Assembly: GCA_963822585.1 (NCBI GenBank) | Contig: CAWGIE010000007.1 | Coordinates: 209,647-273,646 of the forward strand | Length of the DNA: 64,000 bases | Direction of reading: 5' to 3' | From: an uncultured bacterium | GTDB taxonomy: Bacteria > Auribacterota > Erginobacteria > Erginobacterales > Erginobacteraceae | In this document: positions 1 to 10,648 of the stretch, one piece after another | Layout of the letters: the number at the start of each line of letters is the position of its first letter | How positions within the stretch are numbered: the stretch's first letter is position 1 | Translations under genes and position numbers: made by a program | Notes under the pieces: model-generated | Databases searched by the model: none | Told to the model about the DNA's origin: nothing | The model's input: the letters and a program-made list of their open reading frames with translations, nothing else

Positions 1-653
1 CCGAGCCGGCCGTCCTGAAAATCCACGATCCGGAGTCGAGCGCCCTGCACCAGAAGGTTGCGGCTGTGGTAGTCCCGGTGGCAGAAGACCTTTTCCTGGG
101 CCAGCGCTTCCCGGCAGACCGAGAGAAAGAACACCCGGAAGGCGGCCTGTTCTTCCGCGGAGATAGCTGCGCCGAGATATCCCCTGATGGTATGGTCCAG
201 GAAGAAGTTGAGTTCCCCGGCGAACTTTTCCTCGTCGAAGGGGGGATTGAGCCGGGCCACGGCGGGAGAGACTTCTTGCTGCATGGTGACGATCATGTCG
301 ATTGCCTGCCGGTAGAGCGGGAGCGGATTACGACGACGGATACTGTCCTGGAGCAGTTCGTCGCCGCAATCTTCGGCCACGATATACCCTTCCCGGGGAT
401 TGACTTCGTCCAGCGCCGGGACCGGCAGGCGGACCGCGGCCAGGTTCTCGTCCATCAGGGCGTAACGGACGATCTCCTCCTCATCCGTCTCCTCCGGGAA
501 AACGATCAAGATCGCGCTCGGCCGTTCTTCTGCTCCCGAGAGCGGCAGCCGGAAAAACCGCCGGGCGGAAGCGTCCCCCGTCAGGGGAGTGACGTCTTCC
601 TGGGCAATTCCCAGCTTTTCCAGTATCGCCTCGATTTTTCGGTCGGATTTCAT
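1..653 (-). CDS. amgK: AmgK-like anomeric MurNAc/GlcNAc kinase (APH phosphotransferase family), truncated by the window edge
   Basis: Manual minus-strand translation from ATG 653: MKSDRKIE...GDASARRFFR...HRDYHSRNLL...DFQDGRL; not in the ORF track because it runs off the window. Confidence 0.75.
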   Translation of the reverse strand, partial: MKSDRKIEAILEKLGIAQEDVTPLTGDASARRFFRLPLSGAEERPSAILIVFPEETDEEEIVRYALMDENLAAVRLPVPALDEVNPREGYIVAEDCGDELLQDSIRRRNPLPLYRQAIDMIVTMQQEVSPAVARLNPPFDEEKFAGELNFFLDHTIRGYLGAAISAEEQAAFRVFFLSVCREALAQEKVFCHRDYHSRNLLVQGARLRIVDFQDGRL

Positions 654-885
654 GGAGCAGCTTTTTCTTTTTGCGCTGAAGATTTCCTGATAAACTCTGT
701 CGGTTGTTTATAAAGCTTATCTTCCGGCTCTCTGTCTCTATCAGTCCATAACCTGATATCAAAGAATTATTTCGACGTATATTGGATTTTACAGAGGAAT
801 TTTTAATATCATAGAAATAATTCTCCTCAAGTAATAGTTGCTGTCGCCGACAGCGGCGATATCATTGTTTCCGAAGGTTATTGAC

Positions 886-1779
886 ATGAAATACATCTTG
901 ATAAATATCCTTTTGCTGACACTAATATATTCTGCTTGCGATTCAACCAATTCAAACGCTCTTCCTCCAATAGAGATGGTTTATATCCCCGGTGGAGAAT
1001 TCATCATGGGTACAAACCTGACTCCGAAGCAAATTCTCGGAGACAGATATGTTCATAAAACTTCCTTTCTGGGATTTGAACTATATAGCTTTGATGACTC
1101 AGATCTTGTTTCCTTAGACCAATCCCATCCCGCGCATAAGGTTTATATTAAGGGATTTTATATTTCCAAATACGAGGTGACGGTGGATTTATTTAAAAAG
1201 TATCTGGAGGAAACCAAACTCGAAGCTCTGGGTAAAAAAGAAAATATTACTTGGGGGAAACACCAAGGGAATTACCCTGTAAATCATATAAGTTATAATG
1301 ATGCTTTGGAATTCTGCCGCTGGCTTTCCGACAAGACAGGGATCGGATACCGTTTACCCACGGAAGCGGAATGGGAGAAGGCGGCCCAAGGCGGGAAAAA
1401 GAATATTTTTCCCTGGGGCAACTCCCTTGATAAAATGCCTAAAGGATTAAGGTGCGGACCAGTGGGTTCTTATCCACCAAATCCATATGGGATCTATGAT
1501 ATGGAGGCCAATGTAGCGGAATTCTGTTCTACTGATTACGCCCCCTATCCAAATAGCGATTACACTCTCAAAAGCTGGGAACGGGGAAATAAAAAAGTAG
1601 CTAAAGGGGGATTTCCCTATGTTGATAGTATGACAGAAGTACTCTATATGTGCGCATATCGTCAGGCGGTTTCTCCCGAAGAGAGATACTGGTATTGCGG
1701 TTTTCGTTTAGCGGCTGATTCTTTGAAAGCCGATTCAATAAATAAAGAAACCGGAAAACAACCTCCACACTCCAGCTGA
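886..1779 (+). CDS. Formylglycine-generating enzyme (SUMF1/FGE-sulfatase) domain lipoprotein
   Basis: IPGGEFIMG, YEVT, YRLPTEAEWEKAA, PNPYGIYDM, GFRL motifs; lipobox-like YSAC after ATG 886. Confidence 0.85.
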   Translation: MKYILINILLLTLIYSACDSTNSNALPPIEMVYIPGGEFIMGTNLTPKQILGDRYVHKTSFLGFELYSFDDSDLVSLDQSHPAHKVYIKGFYISKYEVTVDLFKKYLEETKLEALGKKENITWGKHQGNYPVNHISYNDALEFCRWLSDKTGIGYRLPTEAEWEKAAQGGKKNIFPWGNSLDKMPKGLRCGPVGSYPPNPYGIYDMEANVAEFCSTDYAPYPNSDYTLKSWERGNKKVAKGGFPYVDSMTEVLYMCAYRQAVSPEERYWYCGFRLAADSLKADSINKETGKQPPHSS

Positions 1780-1890
1780 CCAGAGCCAGTGACGAGGGTT
1801 CTGGCATTTGTATTAAGCGTTATATTATCCGGAATTCGTTTACACCTGGTGAGTTTATCTCGCCGGAGTAAAATCAAAGGGAGGGAAAAA

Positions 1891-2286
1891 ATGAGTTCAC
1901 CATCAAGAACGGTTACCTGGCTGGGGATTATTCTGATCCTGATTGCCGGACTCATCCATTTCATCGAAGCACCCGACGCTTTTGAAGATATAACGTACAA
2001 AGGGGTGCTGTTTATCCTCAACGGGCTGGGCGCGGCCGTCGCGGCCATCGGCATCTACCGGGGCGCGAGAAGCTGGGGCTGGTCGCTGGGGCTCATCATC
2101 ACTGCCCTGACCGTCATCGGCTATGTCGCCAGCAGAACGGTGGGGCTCCCCGGTCTGCCGGCCGAACCCGAAGAGTGGCTGGAACCGCTCGGGGTGGTAT
2201 CGGTCCTGGCGGAAGCCGTCTTCGCCGGCATTGCTCTGAAGGTATTATCGGGTTCGGATCACCGTTTCACGTTGCCCGATAAATAA
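1891..2286 (+). CDS. Small multi-pass membrane protein
   Basis: About four hydrophobic segments; purine-rich SD-like sequence before ATG 1891. Confidence 0.7.
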   Translation: MSSPSRTVTWLGIILILIAGLIHFIEAPDAFEDITYKGVLFILNGLGAAVAAIGIYRGARSWGWSLGLIITALTVIGYVASRTVGLPGLPAEPEEWLEPLGVVSVLAEAVFAGIALKVLSGSDHRFTLPDK

Positions 2287-2388
2287 TCAAGCATAAAAAC
2301 AGGGGCGCCCGGTTACCCAGAACTGGTCCACCGAGATCAGCCTGATCCGCCGGCGGACCGGGGGAGGGAGAATTTAGGAGTCTTTCCG

Positions 2389-2994
2389 ATGAAGCATGAT
2401 ACTATAGAAGAGGTTCTTGTTTTTTGGTTCGGCCCCTTGCCGGACGATTCGTACTGGCCGGCTGAAAAAGCCGAGCGCTGGTTTAAAAAAGATCCTTCTT
2501 TCGACGCCGAGATCAGGGAACGCTTCGAAAGCCTCCTGAAGGCGGCGAGCCGGGGGGAGAGAGACGATTGGCTGGACACCACCCGCGGGACCCTGGCTTT
2601 CGTTGTTCTCCTCGATCAATTTTCCCGAAACATGTACCGGGATCGCTCGGAGGAGTATGCTTTCGACACCCGTTGCCTCCGGGTCGTCCGGCAGGCACTG
2701 GAGAAGGGTATCGATAAAGAACTGCGCCCGGTCGAGCGGAAGTTCCTTTATATGCCCCTGATGCATTCCGAGGATATCGATGATCAGAAGCTCTCGATCT
2801 CCGTTTTTACCCGGCTGCGGGACAACGCTCCCGAACCGTTGAAGGAGTATTTTCAGTTAACGCTTGATTACGCGTACCGTCATAAGGCCATGATCGATCG
2901 TTTCGGGCGGTTTCCCTACCGGAATAGGCAATTGCGGAGGCCATCAACCGCCAAGGAGATCGAGTTTCTCAAGAGACCGGACTCCCGGTTTTGA
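2389..2994 (+). CDS. DUF924 family protein
   Basis: VLVFWFG, WF-KD-FD, LDQFSRN, FLYMPLMHSE, RFGRFPYRN. Confidence 0.85.
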   Translation: MKHDTIEEVLVFWFGPLPDDSYWPAEKAERWFKKDPSFDAEIRERFESLLKAASRGERDDWLDTTRGTLAFVVLLDQFSRNMYRDRSEEYAFDTRCLRVVRQALEKGIDKELRPVERKFLYMPLMHSEDIDDQKLSISVFTRLRDNAPEPLKEYFQLTLDYAYRHKAMIDRFGRFPYRNRQLRRPSTAKEIEFLKRPDSRF

Positions 2995-3095
2995 AATACC
3001 GTCATTCCGACCTCATATTTTAAGTTTCTCTGATGATATTTACCTGATCCGGTCGGTGCGGGGAGCCCGGCAGCGAAGCGATATTATCAGACCGG

Positions 3096-3650
3096 GTGAA
3101 AAGAAGAGAACAGGTGAAGGAAACCGAACCACTGAAGCGTAAAAAACTGATCATCTTCGACGCCGACGGCACGCTGCGTCGCTGCACCGTGCCCGGGCAG
3201 GTCTGCCCCAACTCCGACGACCAATGGGAACTACTCCCCGGCGTCAAAAAAAAACTGGCGGAGTTTTCCTGGGGTTCCCCGGAAGAGGGAAAAACGGCTC
3301 TGGGGATCGCCAGCAACCAGGCCGGGATAGCGAAGGGGTACCTTACGGAAGAGGCGGCCGGGCGGATGATCCGCCAAACGGTTGCGGAGGCGGCCGGATT
3401 CACTCCGGTGGAAGGTTCGGTTCAAATCTGCCCTCATCCTTCCCGGGGCGATTGCGAGTGCCGCAAGCCCGGACCGCTCATGCTGCGGCGCCTGATGAAG
3501 TTCTGGGGCGTCGGACCCGATGACACTCTTTTCGTGGGGGACATGGAGAGCGACCGGCTGGCCGCCGAGAACGCCGGCTGCGATTTCGCCTGGGCCCGCG
3601 ACTTTTTCAGGTGGAATACTCCAAGGCCTCAAGAGCCCGAACTAAGATAG
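3096..3650 (+). CDS. HAD-IIIA hydrolase (GmhB/histidinol-phosphatase-like)
   Basis: FDADGTL, SNQAGI, CPH...CECRKP, VGD motifs. Confidence 0.8.
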   Translation: MKRREQVKETEPLKRKKLIIFDADGTLRRCTVPGQVCPNSDDQWELLPGVKKKLAEFSWGSPEEGKTALGIASNQAGIAKGYLTEEAAGRMIRQTVAEAAGFTPVEGSVQICPHPSRGDCECRKPGPLMLRRLMKFWGVGPDDTLFVGDMESDRLAAENAGCDFAWARDFFRWNTPRPQEPELR

Positions 3651-3851
3651 AGGCTGCTTCGGAACTTCAGCAAAGAGGAATCAAGTGGTGAAGCTTCGCT
3701 TCCTGCTTACCGGCAAGCAGGCACGGGCAGCATTAATACTGCAAGCCTTGCCGCAGGCAAGGCGATACTACATTTATTACATTTCCTACAAGTCCTGAAC
3801 GGAGTGAGGGACGATCCTACATAAATTTGCGAGCGAAGCGAGCTAATTTAT

Positions 3852-4457
3852 ATGAATATATCGATCATTCTGGCTCATCCCGACAAGACGAGTTTCAACC
3901 ACGCGATCGCCCGGTCCGCGGCCGGCCGGGCCCGGGCCAACGGTCACCGGGTCTTCCTGCATGACCTTTATGCCGAGGGGTTCGACCCTGTTCTTCCCGC
4001 CCGGGAGATCCCCGACGCCGCCCGGATTCCGGAATCGATATCCCGGCACTGTCGTCAGATCGCAAACGCCGGCGGCATCATTGTTGTCCACCCGAACTGG
4101 TGGGGCCAGCCCCCGGCCATTCTCAAGGGATGGGTGGACCGGGTGATCCGGCCCGGGGTCGCCTACCGGTTTCTCGCCGGCGACAGCGGAGAAGGAGTCC
4201 CCGTCGGTCTTCTCCAGGCGCGGGCGGCGCTGGTCTTCAACACATCGAACACCCCCCCGGCCCGGGAAAACAAGGTCTTCGGCGATCCTCTCCGGCTTCT
4301 CTGGAAGAACTGCGTCTTCGATCTCTGCGGGGTTCCCGTGTTTTACCGGCGGATGTTCAGGGTTTTAGTCACCAGTACCCCCGGCAAACGGCGGCAATGG
4401 CTGGCAGAGGTTGAGAGCGCGGTCAACCGGCATTTCCCTCCCGATGAACTGGATTAA
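3852..4457 (+). CDS. NAD(P)H-dependent oxidoreductase, flavodoxin-like fold
   Basis: AHP..SFN, DLYAEGFDP, PNWWGQPPAILKGWVDRV. Confidence 0.85.
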   Translation: MNISIILAHPDKTSFNHAIARSAAGRARANGHRVFLHDLYAEGFDPVLPAREIPDAARIPESISRHCRQIANAGGIIVVHPNWWGQPPAILKGWVDRVIRPGVAYRFLAGDSGEGVPVGLLQARAALVFNTSNTPPARENKVFGDPLRLLWKNCVFDLCGVPVFYRRMFRVLVTSTPGKRRQWLAEVESAVNRHFPPDELD

Positions 4458-5433
4458 ACAGCTCCCCTGTAATCCCCTGCCGGCCCTCCTCGCCGCCAAG
4501 AACGATGCCCTGGTCTATTTTACCCGGCGGGACCTGCTCGGCGAGAAACCGGGACCGGTGAACACTCTCTGGACGCTGCCGGAACCGCTTCGATACCTCC
4601 GCCGCCAGCGGGAAGACGGCGCCTGGCCGGCGACGGGACGGAAAGAAACCACCTATCCCGCCATCAACCGCCGCCTCTATCCGACCTACAAGCACCTCCG
4701 GCTGCTGGTCGGGAAGTACGGGTTTGACCGGGACCATCCGGCCATACGGCGGGGGGTCGATTATATCTTCTCCTGCCAAACCCCCGAGGGGGATATCCGG
4801 GGAATCCTGGGTAACCAGCATATCCCCTATTACAACGGCGCCATTCTCGAAGTCGTCATCAGCGCCGGATACGGTGACGACAGGCGCGTGCAAAAAGCTC
4901 TCGAATGGCTGCTGAGCTACCGCCTTGATGACGGCGGCTGGACCATGCCTATTCTGGGAAAATGGCACCAAGATGCCGCCATATACGGGAAACCGCCCCT
5001 TCCTCTTGACCGCGCCCTTCCTTTCTCCCACTCCGTTACCGGCATGGTCATCCGGGCTTTCGCGGCCCACCCCGGATACCGGGATAAGAAAGCTGTTCGG
5101 GCAGCGGGGGAACTTCTTAAAGGCCGCCTGTTCAAAGAGGATGGATATGGTTTCCGCCGAGCCCCTCATTACTGGACGAAACTCCAGTATCCTTTTTTCT
5201 GGACCAGCCTGCTCACCGTCCTCGATTCCCTCTCTTGGTTCGGGTTTTCCAAAACCGACAGAGATATTGTTCCGGGACTGGACTGGTTCCGGAAGAACCA
5301 GGCAGATGACGGTCTCTGGACGACCCGCTACGAAAAAACCCGTAACTGGACGGAGAAGGACCGGGAGAACAGAGCGTGGGTCGCCCTGGCGGTTTGCCGG
5401 ATGCTGAGAAGGTTTTATGCAACACTTAATTGA
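4444..5433 (+). CDS. Prenyltransferase/squalene-cyclase repeat protein
   Basis: QW-like repeats QREDGAW, QTPEG, RLDDGGW, QADDGLW. Confidence 0.65.
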   Translation: MNWIKQLPCNPLPALLAAKNDALVYFTRRDLLGEKPGPVNTLWTLPEPLRYLRRQREDGAWPATGRKETTYPAINRRLYPTYKHLRLLVGKYGFDRDHPAIRRGVDYIFSCQTPEGDIRGILGNQHIPYYNGAILEVVISAGYGDDRRVQKALEWLLSYRLDDGGWTMPILGKWHQDAAIYGKPPLPLDRALPFSHSVTGMVIRAFAAHPGYRDKKAVRAAGELLKGRLFKEDGYGFRRAPHYWTKLQYPFFWTSLLTVLDSLSWFGFSKTDRDIVPGLDWFRKNQADDGLWTTRYEKTRNWTEKDRENRAWVALAVCRMLRRFYATLN

Positions 5434-5464
5434 ACGATATGTTATAGATTTAATCTAAATAATA

Positions 5465-6526
5465 ATGATGCACTCTATTTTCTGCCTGTTTATCGGTTTA
5501 TTCATTATGCAATCCGCCGTGTCAGCACAAACCGAGACGGAGACAGCCACCTTCGCCGGAGGCTGTTTCTGGTGCCTGGAACCGTCCTTCCGGGAACTGG
5601 AGGGCGTCGTGGACGTGGTTCCCGGATATACGGGCGGTCACACCGAACGGCCCTCTTACGAGGAGGTTTGTTCCGGGACGACGGGCCACGCGGAGGCCGT
5701 CCGGGTGACCTACGATCCTTCCCGGATATCCTATCAGAGCCTGCTCGACGTCTTCTGGAGGCAGATCGACCCCACCGACAAAGGCGGCCAGTTCGCCGAC
5801 CGGGGGAGCCAGTACCGAACCGCCATCTTCTACCACAACCAGGAGCAGAAGCAGCTGGCCGAGAAGTCGAAGGAAGACCTGAATAATTCCGGCAAGTTCG
5901 ATCGAAAGATCGTCACCGAGATCGTCCCGGCCGGCGCATTTTACGACGCCGAAGAATATCACCGGCAGTACTACCGGAAGTGCCCGGTCCGGTACAATAT
6001 CTACAAGCAGGCCTCCGGCCGGAGCCGGTACCTGAAGAAGACCTGGGGAGCCGAGAAAGTAACGGCCCGGTCAACGGTAACCGGGGAGATGTCTAAGAAA
6101 CCTTCCGCGGCCGAGTTGAAAAAAACGCTGACGCCGCTCCAGTACGCCGTCACCCAGGAGTGCGGGACGGAACGTCCCTTCGACAACGAGTTCTGGAACA
6201 ACAAGCGGGAAGGCATCTACGTTGATATCGTCTCCGGGGAACCGCTCTTCAGCTCCGTCGACAAGTATGATTCCGGCACCGGTTGGCCGAGTTTCCGCAA
6301 GCCGCTGCAGCCGGAAAACGTCAAAGAAGTGGAAGACCGGAGTCTTTTCTCTTCGGCAACCGAGGTAGTGAGTATGAAGGGCGGCTCCCATCTGGGACAC
6401 GTCTTCAACGACGGCCCCGCGCCGGCGGGGACGCGGTACTGCATCAATTCCGCCGCGCTCCGCTTTATCCCCAAGGAAGATTTGGAAAAAGAAGGATACG
6501 GCCGTTACCTTTATCTTTTTCAGTAA
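5465..6526 (+). CDS. msrAB: Bifunctional peptide methionine sulfoxide reductase MsrA/MsrB
   Basis: [32 protein letters not shown]. Confidence 0.95.
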   Translation: MMHSIFCLFIGLFIMQSAVSAQTETETATFAGGCFWCLEPSFRELEGVVDVVPGYTGGHTERPSYEEVCSGTTGHAEAVRVTYDPSRISYQSLLDVFWRQIDPTDKGGQFADRGSQYRTAIFYHNQEQKQLAEKSKEDLNNSGKFDRKIVTEIVPAGAFYDAEEYHRQYYRKCPVRYNIYKQASGRSRYLKKTWGAEKVTARSTVTGEMSKKPSAAELKKTLTPLQYAVTQECGTERPFDNEFWNNKREGIYVDIVSGEPLFSSVDKYDSGTGWPSFRKPLQPENVKEVEDRSLFSSATEVVSMKGGSHLGHVFNDGPAPAGTRYCINSAALRFIPKEDLEKEGYGRYLYLFQ

Positions 6527-6556
6527 GGGATCCGTCTCAGCCTCTCCCTCCTTTTT

Positions 6557-7264
6557 ATGATCTCGGAGATCCTCCAGGAAGAACTGCGGCGACTGGCCGA
6601 CCCGGAACGGGCGGCCGCGTCACGAAGATTCTTTAAAACCGGCCCCGGTGAATACGGTGAGGGCGATCTCTTCCGCGGCATCCGGGTCCCCTCCCTCAGG
6701 AAGCTGGCCCGCCGGTACCGCGAGGCCCCCCTCCCCGATATCGAGCGGCTCCTGGTTTCCCGCTTTCATGAGGATCGCCTGCTGGCCCTCCTGCTTCTTG
6801 TCAGGCGCTATGCCGGCGGCGAAGCGGAAAAACAGCGGCGGATCTACCGTTTTTACCTGAGTCATACCGGTTACATCAATAACTGGGACCTGGTCGACAG
6901 CTCGGCGGAACATATCGTGGGCGATTATCTGGAAGGAAAAAGCAAAGCGCCTCTTTATGTCCTGGCCCGTTCCGGCTCGCTCTGGGAAAGGCGGATCGCT
7001 GTCCTGGCCACTTTCCGTTACATCAAGCGGGGGAGTTACGATGAGACGCTGAAGATCGCCCGGGTGCTGCTCGGCGATCCGGAAGACCTGATTCACAAGG
7101 CGGTGGGATGGATGCTCCGCGAGGTGGGGAACCGAGAGCGGGGAACAGAAGAGACGTTTTTAAAAACCTGCTACCGGCGGATGCCGAGAACGATGCTCCG
7201 GTACGCGATCGAAAAATTTCCCGAAGCCAGAAGGCAAGCCTATCTCCGGGGCGCCACTGAATAA
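6557..7264 (+). CDS. DNA alkylation repair protein (AlkD-like)
   Basis: GEYGEGD, NNWDLVD, LWERR, KAVGWMLRE, RYAIE. Confidence 0.85.
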   Translation: MISEILQEELRRLADPERAAASRRFFKTGPGEYGEGDLFRGIRVPSLRKLARRYREAPLPDIERLLVSRFHEDRLLALLLLVRRYAGGEAEKQRRIYRFYLSHTGYINNWDLVDSSAEHIVGDYLEGKSKAPLYVLARSGSLWERRIAVLATFRYIKRGSYDETLKIARVLLGDPEDLIHKAVGWMLREVGNRERGTEETFLKTCYRRMPRTMLRYAIEKFPEARRQAYLRGATE

Positions 7265-7709
7265 CTGGGCCCGGGCGAAAAATATCACCACGAAGGACAC
7301 GAAGATAATTATTGTCCCCCGCCCCGGCCACGATATAACCGCCAAGACACTGAGACACAAAGCCCGCCCCGCGGCCGCTCATTATGCTATGCGATTGCAT
7401 GCGATTGGGTTAGGAAAAGGGATCCTGCTTTTGATCTCTTTCCATAGCATGGTTCGTTATCTCCTGACCCATACAATATAACCTGTTACCCATGTCCCCG
7501 GATTGTACCGAGCGCAGCTCAATCGGGTGAGGGGCCCATTCGTCATTCGGATTTCGTCATTCGTACTTCGTCATTCTTTAATATCCTGCCGGAATCGAGA
7601 GGACCCGCTTATCGAGAAATCGCACTTCAACACCATAGTATTATTCGTGCCCTTCGTGTCCTTCGTGGTAAAATACTCGGTAAAATTTATAACTTGGCGA
7701 GGATTCGGA

Positions 7710-8513
7710 ATGATGAGAGTGAAAAAATATCGGCGGGTGAGATTAATCCGCGGCGGGGCCGGTAAGGGAGCAACCGTCCTGGCGGTCGTTCTCCTGCTGG
7801 CCGGATGCGCCGGCTATCAGAAAAAGGTCCAGGAAGAGGCCCTGGCGGGCATCGCCAGCGAAACGGGACTGAAGAAGGTGGATGTCCCCGGTACCGGGGG
7901 CGAGTATCTCGGCAAGGAGCACCGGGGATACCGGGTCCTCTATACCGGGAAAGCGGGAGACGTCTGGGGACGATACGCGGCCCGGCTGACGATGGGGGAG
8001 ATCGGGAGGGAGGTGGGCGGAATCATGGCCTTCCTCACCAGCAGTTATGAATACGGTGGGAATGTCGCCGGAAGCCCGCTTGACCGCCTCCTGGCTGACA
8101 TGATCGGGCAGCCGATCTCCATCACCATGATTCTGGTCCACGGGAAACCGGACGCTCCCCGTCTCGACATCGTCGGCGACTACGCCAACGTTCTCCCGGA
8201 GGAGCAGCTGCCGAAGTTCAAAAGGCTGGGGATCGGCCCCGGTACCATCTATACCCGGGACCAGACCTTCGGGCGGCGGATCGTGGAGAACACCGCCCTG
8301 ATCGACCGGCTGGACGATATCTGGGGCGCCTATATCCGGGTCGATGGCGAAACGGTCTCCCTTTTCTGGGCCGGACAGGAGGTTGACTTCAGCCGGATGA
8401 TCAATGACCACGGCGGTTATTATGAAATGCTCAACTCCTTCCTCGATGATCTGGCCGACATCGCCGACGCCATCCCTACACCGGGCGAATCCCGGGCCGA
8501 GAACGTGGAATAA
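7710..8513 (+). CDS. Hypothetical lipoprotein
   Basis: LLLAGC lipobox; long ORF with coding-like composition; start uncertain. Confidence 0.6.
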   Translation: MMRVKKYRRVRLIRGGAGKGATVLAVVLLLAGCAGYQKKVQEEALAGIASETGLKKVDVPGTGGEYLGKEHRGYRVLYTGKAGDVWGRYAARLTMGEIGREVGGIMAFLTSSYEYGGNVAGSPLDRLLADMIGQPISITMILVHGKPDAPRLDIVGDYANVLPEEQLPKFKRLGIGPGTIYTRDQTFGRRIVENTALIDRLDDIWGAYIRVDGETVSLFWAGQEVDFSRMINDHGGYYEMLNSFLDDLADIADAIPTPGESRAENVE

Positions 8514-8517
8514 TACC

Positions 8518-9450
8518 GTGAAAGATTCCTGCGGCAGAACCATCGACTACCTGCGGATATCCCTCACCGACCGCTGCAACCTGCGCTGCCGGTACTGCAT
8601 GCCGGAGGAGGGCGTGCCGAAATTTCAACACCGGGACATCCTGCGTTTCGAGGAAATCCGGCGGGTGTTGCGGATCTGCCGGGAACTGGGCATAACCAAG
8701 TTCCGCTTCACGGGGGGGGAACCGTTCCTCCGGAAAGGGGCGCTGGATTTCTTCGAGAGTCTCCCGGAGGGTGATTACCACATCACCACCAACCTGGCGA
8801 TCGAGGACCTGGAGGCGGAACGGATCAACCGGCTCAATATAGCGGGACTCAACGTGAGCTGCGACTCCCTCCGGCCCGAGCGATACCGGCATATCACCCG
8901 GCGGGGGGAACTGCCGGTCTTTCTCGAGAACCTGCAACGGATCCGGGTCGATAACCTGAAGATCAATGTCGTCGTCATCAAGGACTTCAACGAGGACGAG
9001 ATCGTTGACTTTATCCGATTCGCCGGGGAGCACCGGGCCACGGTCAGATTCATCGAGAAGATGGACTTCGCTTCCGGTGAGCCGGAGTTCTCTTCTCTCT
9101 CCGGGGTCAAGGAGCAATTGATCCGGGAGGGGATCATCGATCCGGAGGGATACCGGATTCACAACTCCGTTTCCGAATACCACGCATTGACCGGGCAGGA
9201 GGGAGTGGTTGGGTTTATCACCCCGATCAGCCGCCACTTCTGCGGGACCTGCGGCAAGATCAGGCTCAAGGCCAACGGCGAACTGAAGTTATGCGTCTTT
9301 GAAAAAAGCGACTTTAACCTGAGGGACGTCCTGCGGTCGGAGACGGACGATGAGGCGATTAAACGGTGGCTGACGGAGGTTATCCGTCACAAGCCCGCCG
9401 AGCCGGCGATCAAGAAAAACCTCGAAACCATGGCCGAGATCGGTGGATAA
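8518..9450 (+). CDS. moaA: GTP 3',8-cyclase MoaA (radical SAM)
   Basis: YLRISLTDRCNLRCRYC, FTGGEP, FCGTC...C, C-terminal IGG; GTG start inferred. Confidence 0.92.
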   Translation: MKDSCGRTIDYLRISLTDRCNLRCRYCMPEEGVPKFQHRDILRFEEIRRVLRICRELGITKFRFTGGEPFLRKGALDFFESLPEGDYHITTNLAIEDLEAERINRLNIAGLNVSCDSLRPERYRHITRRGELPVFLENLQRIRVDNLKINVVVIKDFNEDEIVDFIRFAGEHRATVRFIEKMDFASGEPEFSSLSGVKEQLIREGIIDPEGYRIHNSVSEYHALTGQEGVVGFITPISRHFCGTCGKIRLKANGELKLCVFEKSDFNLRDVLRSETDDEAIKRWLTEVIRHKPAEPAIKKNLETMAEIGG

Positions 9451-9474
9451 TAGTCTGACCAGCCGAATATTCAA

Positions 9475-9568
9475 ACCACGAAGGACACGAAGTTCACGAA
9501 GGGGATAAAATCCTGGAGTCGTTATTCTCCTTCAAATCTTTCTTCGTGTTCTTCGTGATCTTCGTGGT
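9475..9568. repeat. Intergenic inverted (CACGAAGnn)n repeat; family also near 7287/7645, 15184, 20380-20740, 62853-63165
   Basis: ACCACGAAGGACACGAAGTTCACGAAG ... CTTCGTGTTCTTCGTGATCTTCGTGGT. Confidence 0.7.
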
Positions 9569-9619
9569 AATTTATTCATTCAGATTATTAATACCGGCCT
9601 AAATCCATATGAGGAGAAT

Positions 9620-10096
9620 GTGATGAAAATGCATGACCTGTCACACTGGTCGGAGGACGGGAATCTGCGGATGATCGACGTCTCCGGGAAGACACCCTCT
9701 TTGCGAACGGCGGAAGCATCCGGGAAGATTCTGATCAAAGAAGAGACGATCGCTCTGATCAGGGCCGGCAAGACACCCAAGGGCGATATCTTCACTGTCG
9801 CCAAGATCGCGGGGATACAGGCGGCCAAGCAAACGCCCTTCCTGATCCCGATGTGCCATAACCTGAATATCACCCATTGCGACATCCGCTTCCAGGTGGA
9901 AAAAAACGCGGTCTCGGTAACCACAACCGTGAAGACCGAGAACCGGACCGGGGTCGAGATGGAGGCGCTGGTCGGGACGGCGGCGGCCCTGCTCGCCATC
10001 TACGACATGCTCAAACCCGTCGACAAGACTATGGTGATAACCGATATCGAACTGATGAAAAAAACGGGAGGGAAAAGCGGTGACTGGAAAAAATAA
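9620..10096 (+). CDS. moaC: Cyclic pyranopterin monophosphate synthase MoaC
   Basis: MIDVSGK, LIPMCH, TGVEMEAL, YDMLK, KTGGKSG. Confidence 0.95.
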   Translation: MMKMHDLSHWSEDGNLRMIDVSGKTPSLRTAEASGKILIKEETIALIRAGKTPKGDIFTVAKIAGIQAAKQTPFLIPMCHNLNITHCDIRFQVEKNAVSVTTTVKTENRTGVEMEALVGTAAALLAIYDMLKPVDKTMVITDIELMKKTGGKSGDWKK

Positions 10097-10580
10097 CTAT
10101 ACCGCCGCCGTTCTCACGATCTCTACCGGCTGCGCGAAAGGAGAGCGGGAAGACACCAGTGGGCCGGCTTTGCAGGAAATCTGCCGGAAGATCGGCCTGG
10201 GGGTCATCGAGACCGGCCTGGTCCCCGATGACAGCGAGGCCATCCGGGAAAAACTGCTCTTTTTCTGCAATGAACGCCGGGCGGATCTCGTTCTCACCAC
10301 CGGGGGGACCGGCCCCGGCCCGCACGACATAACCCCCGAGGAAACGGGGTTCCTCTGCGACCGGCTCATCCCCGGCATCCCCGAGCTGATGCGCTCGGAA
10401 GGAGGCAAGAAAAACCCGCGGGCGTACCTTTCCCGGGGGATCGCCGGCATCCGGGGGAGGAGTCTCATCATCAACCTTCCCGGTTCCCCGGACGGGGTCC
10501 GGGAATCGCTGGGGGCGATCGCGGGGGTCCTTATCCACGCTCTGGACATGATCTCCGGCGGCGGACATGATGAACAGTAA
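10080..10580 (+). CDS. mog: Molybdopterin adenylyltransferase MogA/MoaB family
   Basis: REDTSG, TTGGTG, DITPE, SRG, NLPGS. Confidence 0.85.
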   Translation: MTGKNNYTAAVLTISTGCAKGEREDTSGPALQEICRKIGLGVIETGLVPDDSEAIREKLLFFCNERRADLVLTTGGTGPGPHDITPEETGFLCDRLIPGIPELMRSEGGKKNPRAYLSRGIAGIRGRSLIINLPGSPDGVRESLGAIAGVLIHALDMISGGGHDEQ

Positions 10581-10648
10581 TCGGTAATCGGTGATCAGTT
10601 ATCAGTGGCAGCCTCGCCGAGTACTGATCACTGATCACTGATTACTGA

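Noticed and set aside
66..713. 215-aa plus-strand ORF
   Set aside because: Antisense shadow of the amgK-like gene.
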